IMG/VR virus record: IMGVR_UViG_3300037312_000804
Location: 206 to 64,205 of that record
Source: a virus
Lineage: Duplodnaviria; Caudoviricetes
Strand: one strand, 5' to 3'
Length of the DNA: 64,000 nucleotides
This document shows positions 53,876 through 61,422 of this stretch, piece after piece. A program made the translations under genes and the position numbers. Position 1 is the first letter of the stretch. The number at the start of each line of letters is the position of its first letter. The notes beneath the pieces were generated by a model that had not been told where the DNA came from, did not search any database, and saw only the letters and a list, made by a program, of their open reading frames with translations.

Positions 53876-54163
53876 CTACTCCTGCGCGTCGGGTTTGTTC
53901 GGGGTCCAGGATCGATACACCCGGATCAGTTTGATGGACTGGATGGAGAGCACCACGCAGCCGGTGAGAAAGCCAATGCATAGGGATGCCGTGCCGATGA
54001 AACTCTGCATCATCTCCAGCTTGGCGGCGATTCCCATGCCGGCGGTACTGGTGGCGACGACCGCCGCAACCTTGGGGCTGCCGGCGACGGATTCGACGGT
54101 GGCGCGCAGGCCGTCATGGCCGAACAGATTGAATCCATGGTCGGCGAGTTGTTGTTTGTCCAT
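53876..54163 (-). CDS. Putative holin/antiholin (2 TM)
   Basis: Hydrophobic segments immediately upstream of the endolysin. Confidence 0.6.
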   Translation of the reverse strand: MDKQQLADHGFNLFGHDGLRATVESVAGSPKVAAVVATSTAGMGIAAKLEMMQSFIGTASLCIGFLTGCVVLSIQSIKLIRVYRSWTPNKPDAQE

Positions 54164-54234
54164 CGGAGGCCCGGTTTAGATGTAGGAGGATGCGGCGATT
54201 TTACCTCCGGGCAATCTTTGGAGAAAGAAATTTT

Positions 54235-54266
54235 TGCCGGACAGCACCACAAAATGCCGTCCGGCA
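54235..54266. other. 12-bp hairpin between the polyvalent gene and the lysis cassette
   Basis: TGCCGGACGGCA/TGCTGTCCGGCA, no clear U-tract. Confidence 0.55.
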
Positions 54267-54275
54267 GGCGCTTCG

Positions 54276-57200
54276 TTATTTGCTTTGCATCATCTTCTGC
54301 ATGCGCTCGACTTCCTCGGGGGTGGCGTGTTCGAGGAACTTGCGCATGCGGCCCGCGGTGATGCGGTTCGGCGCCATGATGGTCAGGATCAGTCGGCCGG
54401 CTTCCTTCGGCGTCTGCCCGGCGTCGATCAGCAGTTTCTGTGCCTTATCCGTGTCGCCGCGCATCACGGCGTCCTTGACGTCGGGCATGACGTTGCTGAG
54501 TTTCGCCTGCTGCTCGCGCGCGGCGTAGCGCATCTCGGCCACGGCGTCGCCGCCGGTCAGCTTCGACACGGACAGGCCGGTGGCCGTGCCCATCAGTTTC
54601 GCTTCGTCCATGTCCAGGTCCATGCCCAGCATGCGCACCTTGCCGCCCTTGTGCTGGTTGTCGGTCGCCAAGTTCTTCAACGCCACGAAGTCGTCGAACG
54701 GCACCTGCGATTTCAGCACGTGGCCGATCACCTGCGCGCCCTGCACCAGCAGGTTCGCATCCTCGTCATACACCTGCTTGCCGTTGAATTCCTTGTTGGC
54801 CTTCGCCTCCGCGATCCCTTTCACCAGCGGGCTGGCTTTGGCGTCGATCAGGTCGGACGCGCTCTTCAGATTCAGGTAGGACTTCATCTCTTCGACGACC
54901 TTACCCACCGGCAGGCGCATGTAGTAGGTGTTGCCGTGCTCGTCCTCGCCCAGGCGGATGCGGTCCTGCTTGCCGTGCGGGTTGTCGTGGGTCTGCGACA
55001 GCATCTCCAGGTTTTCGAACGGGTGGCGCAGCAGCGCCAGCGGCAGCCCGGCCTTGCCCCACGTCGGCCCCATGAAGGCCAGCGGGTTTTCCTTGTCGAG
55101 TTTCACACCCAGCGCGTGCGCGCGCTCGAGCAGGTCGCGTTTGAAATCGTCGCCATCTTCGCCCTTGAGCCACGCCTGCATCAGCGTGGTGATGATCGCC
55201 ATGGCGCCGAAGTCGGCCATCAGGATCATGGCGGCCTTCTTCCGCGTCGCGGCCTGCGCCTGCTTCAGCACGTCGCCCGCGGCGTCCATCGCCTCGATGT
55301 CGGTCTTGCCCATGGCGCGGTTCAGCGCGGCGAAGTGCTCCATGATCTGCGCGCGCACGTCGCCCGGCAGGCCGACGATCGGATCTTTCATCGCGCCCAG
55401 GTTGGTCATCGTGAACGATTTCGAAAACAGCATGATGTTGCCGAACGCGTGCGCGGCCTGGCTCATGGCTTCCTGCGGCACGGCGCCGGCGTAGCGGTTG
55501 GCGAAGAACGTGGCAATACGCGTTGCCGTGTACTGGTCGATGCCCTCGTCCATGAAGTGGTTGCGCATCTGGACGGCCATGCCGACCTGCATATCGCCGA
55601 TGCGGTCCCACAGCAGGGTTTCGTGCCAGAAGTGACCCAAGTCGTCGACGTTCTCGCGCATGCCGTCGCCGGTCCCCATCTTCGCTACTACGCGTCCGGT
55701 CTTAGCAATGGTGTGGCCGGTTCGGTTGATGACGCGGCCCGCGATGTTGTCGCCCATCGCCTTGCCCGTGTTACCGATGGCGCGCCCGATTGGCACTGCA
55801 ACCGCATCGACCGCCTTGCCGGCGACGCGTGCCACCGGACCAGTTACAGGCTCTGTCACATCCAGCACGGCGCCGAGCGCCTTGGCCGCCAGCGAGCGCC
55901 CCGGTTTCAAGCCGTTGCCGATGGCCTCGATGTCCGGGTTCATGCCGCGCCCGCCGATCGGCACCAGCCCGCCTTTTACAAGGTCGTTGAACAGCGCGTG
56001 GTCCTTGCGCAACTGGTGGCCCATTACGTAGGTATAGGCGCCGAACGTGCCGATGTTTTTCAGGTTGTTGCGCCAGCCCATCGACGAGATGAGAGACGGC
56101 ATGGCCTTGCCCCAGATGACCGCGTTGTGGGTCATCGGGGAGATCATGATGAGGCTCATGGACATGCCCTTCATCGCCATGAAGGCGCGGTAGACCGCGT
56201 TGTGGTTGCCGGTGAAAACGGCCTTCAGCGGGCCGGCGAAATCCTTGTGCACGAACAGTGGCGCGCGGTCCATGATCGGGTTGCCGTCGGCATCGGTCAC
56301 GATCTCGGTCTTGCCGTCGACCTGCTTGGTGCGCGGGACAAAACGCTTCAGCGCCGGGTGGTCGAACGTCACGAAGTTCGGGCCACCGTCCTCCGACACG
56401 AGTTCCGCGCCGGTGGCCTGGCCGTGCGCCTTGATCTGGTTGACCAGCGTGCGCCCGGCGATCGCCTTTTCCAGTTGCGCCATCGCCATCGGCATCACGC
56501 GGATGTTTTTCACATACGATGCATCCTCGCCCAGTTTGGCCTTGAGCGCGGCTTCGGATTCCTCCGTCGTCTCGTGCATGCGGCGCTTCGTGCTGGATGC
56601 GCTGGTCTTGAGGTTCTTGGCTTCCTTGGAAAACTCGCCGGCCTGCGGGCGCAGCGCGTCCGTGCTGCCGTCGGCGTAGATGTTGGCGGCCACGCGAGGG
56701 GTCCAGTAGTGCACGCCCGCGGCGTCTTCGCTCACGAGCCCCGCCTGCTTGGCGCGCCGCCACAACTGCTCGCCGTACGCGTGCAGCACCTCCACGGTTT
56801 CGCGCTGGTCGGGCGGCAGGGAATTCAGCCCCTTCGTCTCCGACGTCTTGCCATCGCGGCGCAGATCGTTTTCCTGGTCGGCGGCCTCCCACATCTTGCG
56901 CAGTTGCGCGTCGTTGTAGTTGTTGCGCAGCACGGCGTCGAACGCGTTCCACTGCGCCGTGGCCACACGCATGTTGTTGGCGAAATCCTTGGCCAGCGCC
57001 TGCGCCTTCTGCGTGCCCACCGACATCGGGCTGACCAGCATGCCGATGTTGTGCGCGGCCGACCGCAACTGCGCCACCGGGCGGCCGATCAGCTTGGCCA
57101 GTTTCGTGCGCATGTTGTCCGGCACCTCGGGCGTTTCAGGCGTGTAGCTGGCACTTGGCTCGGCAACGATGGACGGGTTGGACGGATCGAATGCGCCGCT

Positions 57201-59780
57201 GTTGCCGGTGGCGCTCTTGATCTGCTCGGGGCTGAATACAGCGAGATTTTTAACGCCTTCCTCGTTCACATACAGCCCGTCGAAGCCGGACTTTTTGATT
57301 GCCGCTAGCAGGGTCCGGTCTTCCAGCCGCTGCCACGACCCTTTTTTGATTTGGTTGATTGCAGCGCTTCCAAGGCTCGCGCGGGCCGCGACCATGTTCA
57401 CATGCTTCTTGTTCTCATAGTCAAATGGATTGGATGCGGCTACGTATACCAGCATAATGTTCGCACCCTCGGCGGTCGCCCCACTTTCTTCAGTGAGGAA
57501 TTTTCCGACCCACTCAGGCGACGGACTGACGAAATGGACGCCGCGCGTATTCTCTCGGAACGCGCTGAAGTCTCCAGTGGTGGCGTGGTACATAACCTGC
57601 GGCCGGCCCTGCTCGTCGACGACCTTGCTGTCTCCAAACCAGCGATAAAACGCCAACTGCTTGTTCATGTCCTCGGCGACCGGGACGCCCTTGCTGTTCT
57701 CGATCGGGCGGCGCACGCCGTCCACCTGGACCGTGTGGATGCGGCGCTCGGGCGTGCCGCGATCCTCGGCGCGGCGGTCGCCTGATTCTTCGACCGGTTC
57801 GGCAACGCGCTGCGATTTCGCCTTGCCCTTGTTGATGAAGTCGCCGGGATGATAGAAACCCTTTCCCTGCAGGCTGTCGCCATCGGCGCTTACCACGTCG
57901 GTAACGACGCCGTGCCCCAGCAGTTTGAGGAACACTGGCGCCTGGATGTTGGCGCCGGACGGCAGGACGATGAAGCGGTTGCCGCCCGCGCCGGCCGTGC
58001 GCGTCATGCGTCGCACCAGCGCTTTTGCGCGCACCATGTCGTCGCCGCTTTTCAGGTTCGCCAGCGCGTCCAGCGGCACGTCAACCAGCAACTGCGTGTC
58101 GCCGCGTGCGGTCGTCAGGATCAGCGTCGCGTGCCCGTTCGGCACCTGCAGCGCCTTGGCCGCGCGCGCCACCGCATCAGGGCTCGTCAGGCGCACTCCC
58201 AGCATCTTGTGCTGCATCTCGGGCATGCCGGTAAAGTCGGTGCCGTTCAGGTGCGGCGCCTGAATTGTTTCTTCGCCCCAGTTGTGGATGACCGAATATT
58301 CGTTGTGGTCGATGACCACGTGGCCCAGGAACCCCGGCAGGTGCTTGTCGACGAAGCGCGTCATCTGGATATCGGCCTGCGACGGCTCGGAATGCCCGCT
58401 CGGGTGGTTGTGCAGCAGGTAGTAGCCATCGGCGCCGAAGCGCTGCTTGTCGTCGTGGATCTGCTGCAGGAGGTCGTTCGGCATGGTGACGGAGGCGGGC
58501 AGGCGCGACGTATAGCCGGCCTCGCCGACGATCGTGCCGTCGCTGTCCGTGTAGAACACGCGGAAGGTTTCGAAGCGCGGGTCGCGGTACACCTGCGCGA
58601 GCACGGCCAGGTCGGCCGGCGTCTTGGCCTGCTGGCCTACGAGTTGGTTGGGTTTTCCGGCGAGGAAGTTGGCGAGCAATCGCGAGCCGAGTACGGAGAC
58701 GTTGCCTCCATCATCACGATTGCGTCGGTTGATACGATCAATGCCGAGCCGTCGGGCCAGGTCCGAGATGGCGGCGCGGGCAGTTTGCTTTTGCGCTTCG
58801 AGCGTGCCGGGCCGGACGGCGATGTCGTCGAACAGATCCTGGCCACCGAACAAGTCTCGAGTGTACGGGTCATCTTTGCGTTCCGTTACGGCGTCGTCGG
58901 CGCCTTCTTCCGCGTTGCCAGTTTCGTCAGCACGGCCCGGCGCAGCTTCGGCGGCACCTTCTTGAGTTTCGCCAGCGCCTGCTTGAGCGGTACGGCTTTG
59001 GGGTCCGAAGATTGCATCAAGTTCCTCATCGGTATCAAGGTTGGAAGGCACGCCCGCGTCCAGGTCGATGTCGGCGTCGCGCGCCGCCTCGACCAGCGCG
59101 TGCGCCTCGTCATCGGTAAAGCCTGCGGCGTGCGCGGCCACCACTTCATCATATACCTGATCTGCGGATTTTCCAGTCGTGTCGATGCCGAGTTTTTCGG
59201 CTTCGGCAAACAGTTCCTCGTCGCGGTCCGGCGCGACTGGCTCGGCCTGCGCCGCCGGCTGGATCACTTCTTTCCGGTGCACGGCGCGTTCGATCATGTC
59301 GGCCAGCTTGCGGGTGCCGCCGTTGTCGGTCGCATCCTGCATGTCGTCGCTGGACAGGAACCCGGCTTCATGCGCGCGCTGCGCCAGTTCGTCCATGCGC
59401 GCGCCGCGCTTGCGGTACAGGGCGCCGTAGCCAGGAATCATCGCGGGCCGCGTCGCTTCGCCGCCCGTGTCGCTTCGCTCGTCCGTGTGCACGCCGTGCT
59501 GGCCGAGGAAAGACAGGAACGGGTTTTCGCTCTGCACGCGCGCGCGCATGCGCTCGCCCGCCGACTTGCCGCCGCGCTTGTCGTAGGCGTCGGCCACGGT
59601 CTGCAGGATGTTCTGTTCTTCGGCGCGCGCGTTCTCCAGGTGCTCGGACACGACGCGTTCCAGCGCCTCGGCCATGGTCATGCCGTCGTTCTCGACGTAG
59701 TGGCTGGCTTCCTCGCGCATGTCCTGCACGGGCAACTTGTCGCTGAGTCCGTGCAGGGATAGGCAGTGTTCAAAGGACAT
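54276..59780 (-). CDS. Large polyvalent virion protein (1834 aa) with JAB/RadC-like and ART-like domains
   Basis: LLHNHPSGHSEPSQAD..T..LGHVVID (JAB); F.RWFGDSKVVDEQGRP.VMYHAT..F..F...HFVS...ANIM.VY...NPFD (ART-PolyVal-like). Confidence 0.85.
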   Translation of the reverse strand: MSFEHCLSLHGLSDKLPVQDMREEASHYVENDGMTMAEALERVVSEHLENARAEEQNILQTVADAYDKRGGKSAGERMRARVQSENPFLSFLGQHGVHTDERSDTGGEATRPAMIPGYGALYRKRGARMDELAQRAHEAGFLSSDDMQDATDNGGTRKLADMIERAVHRKEVIQPAAQAEPVAPDRDEELFAEAEKLGIDTTGKSADQVYDEVVAAHAAGFTDDEAHALVEAARDADIDLDAGVPSNLDTDEELDAIFGPQSRTAQAGAGETQEGAAEAAPGRADETGNAEEGADDAVTERKDDPYTRDLFGGQDLFDDIAVRPGTLEAQKQTARAAISDLARRLGIDRINRRNRDDGGNVSVLGSRLLANFLAGKPNQLVGQQAKTPADLAVLAQVYRDPRFETFRVFYTDSDGTIVGEAGYTSRLPASVTMPNDLLQQIHDDKQRFGADGYYLLHNHPSGHSEPSQADIQMTRFVDKHLPGFLGHVVIDHNEYSVIHNWGEETIQAPHLNGTDFTGMPEMQHKMLGVRLTSPDAVARAAKALQVPNGHATLILTTARGDTQLLVDVPLDALANLKSGDDMVRAKALVRRMTRTAGAGGNRFIVLPSGANIQAPVFLKLLGHGVVTDVVSADGDSLQGKGFYHPGDFINKGKAKSQRVAEPVEESGDRRAEDRGTPERRIHTVQVDGVRRPIENSKGVPVAEDMNKQLAFYRWFGDSKVVDEQGRPQVMYHATTGDFSAFRENTRGVHFVSPSPEWVGKFLTEESGATAEGANIMLVYVAASNPFDYENKKHVNMVAARASLGSAAINQIKKGSWQRLEDRTLLAAIKKSGFDGLYVNEEGVKNLAVFSPEQIKSATGNSGAFDPSNPSIVAEPSASYTPETPEVPDNMRTKLAKLIGRPVAQLRSAAHNIGMLVSPMSVGTQKAQALAKDFANNMRVATAQWNAFDAVLRNNYNDAQLRKMWEAADQENDLRRDGKTSETKGLNSLPPDQRETVEVLHAYGEQLWRRAKQAGLVSEDAAGVHYWTPRVAANIYADGSTDALRPQAGEFSKEAKNLKTSASSTKRRMHETTEESEAALKAKLGEDASYVKNIRVMPMAMAQLEKAIAGRTLVNQIKAHGQATGAELVSEDGGPNFVTFDHPALKRFVPRTKQVDGKTEIVTDADGNPIMDRAPLFVHKDFAGPLKAVFTGNHNAVYRAFMAMKGMSMSLIMISPMTHNAVIWGKAMPSLISSMGWRNNLKNIGTFGAYTYVMGHQLRKDHALFNDLVKGGLVPIGGRGMNPDIEAIGNGLKPGRSLAAKALGAVLDVTEPVTGPVARVAGKAVDAVAVPIGRAIGNTGKAMGDNIAGRVINRTGHTIAKTGRVVAKMGTGDGMRENVDDLGHFWHETLLWDRIGDMQVGMAVQMRNHFMDEGIDQYTATRIATFFANRYAGAVPQEAMSQAAHAFGNIMLFSKSFTMTNLGAMKDPIVGLPGDVRAQIMEHFAALNRAMGKTDIEAMDAAGDVLKQAQAATRKKAAMILMADFGAMAIITTLMQAWLKGEDGDDFKRDLLERAHALGVKLDKENPLAFMGPTWGKAGLPLALLRHPFENLEMLSQTHDNPHGKQDRIRLGEDEHGNTYYMRLPVGKVVEEMKSYLNLKSASDLIDAKASPLVKGIAEAKANKEFNGKQVYDEDANLLVQGAQVIGHVLKSQVPFDDFVALKNLATDNQHKGGKVRMLGMDLDMDEAKLMGTATGLSVSKLTGGDAVAEMRYAAREQQAKLSNVMPDVKDAVMRGDTDKAQKLLIDAGQTPKEAGRLILTIMAPNRITAGRMRKFLEHATPEEVERMQKMMQSK
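58886..59017 (-). CDS. Putative nested +1-frame basic 43-aa peptide (MQSSDPKAVPLKQALAKLKKVPPKLRRAVLTKLATRKKAPTTP)
   Basis: GAGGA 5 nt before ATG; 36 of 43 codons end in G/C while the main frame is often A/T-ending here. Confidence 0.5.
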   Translation of the reverse strand: MQSSDPKAVPLKQALAKLKKVPPKLRRAVLTKLATRKKAPTTP

Positions 59781-60117
59781 GGCGGGCAAACTCCATAATC
59801 AGGTTCAAGATGATCTGTTCTTCTTCGTCGTTCTCGGCGTGCACGCGAATTCGGTATTGCTTCGGCGCATCTTCGTCATGGTAACGCGACAGCGCGCCGC
59901 CGCCACCATAAATCTGCGTTGGCGCGGGCGGCTCGCGCGTGTCGAATTCGGCCCATCCGACGGTGACGTCGGTGATGACGCCGAAGGTGTCGAACTCGGC
60001 GAACCCGACCGTGACGTCAACGACGATGCCGCGCGCGTCGAACTCGGCGAAGCCGACCTGCACATCGACCGGAGGGTGCGCGGCATCCAGCACAGCCCAT
60101 TCGACGGTGACGGCCAT
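59770..60117 (-). CDS. Small protein with 16-aa tandem repeats
   Basis: (V/T)DV(Q/T)VG(F/W)AEFD repeats; C-terminal EEEQIILNLI. Confidence 0.7.
   Translation of the reverse strand: MAVTVEWAVLDAAHPPVDVQVGFAEFDARGIVVDVTVGFAEFDTFGVITDVTVGWAEFDTREPPAPTQIYGGGGALSRYHDEDAPKQYRIRVHAENDEEEQIILNLIMEFARHVL
59930..60115. repeat. Imperfect 48-bp tandem repeat, 3-4 units
   Basis: gtcgaa(t/c)tcggc at 59941, 59989 and 60037; degenerate fourth unit. Confidence 0.75.
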
Positions 60118-60570
60118 TTACAGCGCCTCGAATTCGAAACGCAAGTTGCTGTAGTCGGTGATGCTGTCGCACTGCGCCGCGGTCAGCACCTGCGCGAAAA
60201 CGGTTTGCGTGGCCGGCAGAGATGCGTGGTTCCAGACGGCGATGACCGTCTCGCCCTGTTTCAGGCGCACCGTCAACCCGCTGCCGTTGCTCGATCCCGC
60301 CTTGTAGCGAACGACCTGGCCGTAACTGGTCTGCGGGTCGACGACTGGCGCCAGCCTGATCTCGCATGCCCCCGGCGCGCTGGCGCTCATGGTGACGCCG
60401 TCGTCCTGCTTGATGGCGTCGGCCAGCGATCCACCATCGGAGGCGAGCCACGGTCCGCCGCTGACATCGGACAGCGGACGGGCATAGCGGGCATCCGATG
60501 GAATCGTGGGCGCCGCCTGCGGTTGCCCGCTGAACGGCGCGCCGGAAAGTGGAGCGAAGCCGAAGAACAT
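60118..60570 (-). CDS. Hypothetical beta-sandwich protein
   Basis: MFFGFAPLSGAPFS; YARPLSDV..G.W. Confidence 0.7.
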   Translation of the reverse strand: MFFGFAPLSGAPFSGQPQAAPTIPSDARYARPLSDVSGGPWLASDGGSLADAIKQDDGVTMSASAPGACEIRLAPVVDPQTSYGQVVRYKAGSSNGSGLTVRLKQGETVIAVWNHASLPATQTVFAQVLTAAQCDSITDYSNLRFEFEAL

Positions 60571-60579
60571 GAATGCCCC

Positions 60580-61422
60580 TTATAGCGATTGCAACAGCGG
60601 CACGATGAACTGTGTCGCGATGTACCAGTAGCCATCCGAATTCAGGTGGACATGCGTCGATCCGTCCGTAGTGGAGCTGGTCCAGAATGTCCCGGATGCC
60701 GCCGCCATGGCGTTGAAATGCGCGATCGAGTAGTCGCCCTGCATGTCGAAATACGTCCCTGCCTGCCGCACGTCGAACACGGCATCGAACCCCATCGACT
60801 GGTAATTCGCGAGCAGATAGGCATTCACCTGATCGAGCAGCGCATTGTCGGCGTCGACGATCGACTGATCGGTTGCCGAGTTCATCCGCGGTAGCGCCGT
60901 GCCGGTGAAAATCTTCACCCATGGGTGCGCCGCCCGGCGAGCGGCGGTGTAATCCTTCATGTCCTGGACAACCTGCACCAAGGTCCGTTTCGATGCCCCC
61001 GTCACGGCGTTCGTGATCTCCCATGTCCCGAGGTAGTTTTGCATACCCGATGTTGCGTCGAATGCGCCATCTATATCGCTCGAAGCCTGACCGTCCAGGC
61101 CATTCATCTGGCGCCATGTCTGTCCGCTCACGCCGTAGTTCGACACGAGGATGTTCTTGCTGCTGCGGTACTTGAGCGGCGGGCTGCCGCTGACCACGGT
61201 TGGAGCCGGCGAGAACCCGACAGAAGTCGTCGTTGCGATTGGCGCGATCATGGCCAGGCAGCGCACGAGGTTCTGTGCGCCACCCACGCCAGCGACAAGC
61301 GAGTTACCGTCGAACACGAGGTTGAGCGTCGAATCGAACACGATATTTCCGGCCGGCGTTTCCGGTACGGCTGGCGTGCCGGCGCCTACCCGGCGCCCAG
61401 GGATGGCGTGGCGGCGCATCAT
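60580..61422 (-). CDS. SGNH/GDSL hydrolase (esterase)
   Basis: VFDGNSL block I, YGVSGQT block II, WEITN block III, DGSTHVHLNSDGY block V. Confidence 0.8.
   Translation of the reverse strand: MMRRHAIPGRRVGAGTPAVPETPAGNIVFDSTLNLVFDGNSLVAGVGGAQNLVRCLAMIAPIATTTSVGFSPAPTVVSGSPPLKYRSSKNILVSNYGVSGQTWRQMNGLDGQASSDIDGAFDATSGMQNYLGTWEITNAVTGASKRTLVQVVQDMKDYTAARRAAHPWVKIFTGTALPRMNSATDQSIVDADNALLDQVNAYLLANYQSMGFDAVFDVRQAGTYFDMQGDYSIAHFNAMAAASGTFWTSSTTDGSTHVHLNSDGYWYIATQFIVPLLQSL

Noticed and set aside
49814-57308. 935-aa and 1024-aa plus-strand ORFs
   Set aside because: Antisense shadows of the 937-aa gene and the polyvalent gene.
57440-58873. Other +1-frame ORFs inside the polyvalent gene (57440-57637, 57665-57883, 58637-58873)
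   Set aside because: S/R/T/P-rich typical off-frame translations; no SD and no codon-bias inversion, unlike 58886-59017.
59930-60115. 48-bp repeats as a CRISPR array or DGR template/variable repeat
   Set aside because: In-frame coding repeats without unique spacers; no cas or reverse transcriptase gene; differences are not adenine-specific.
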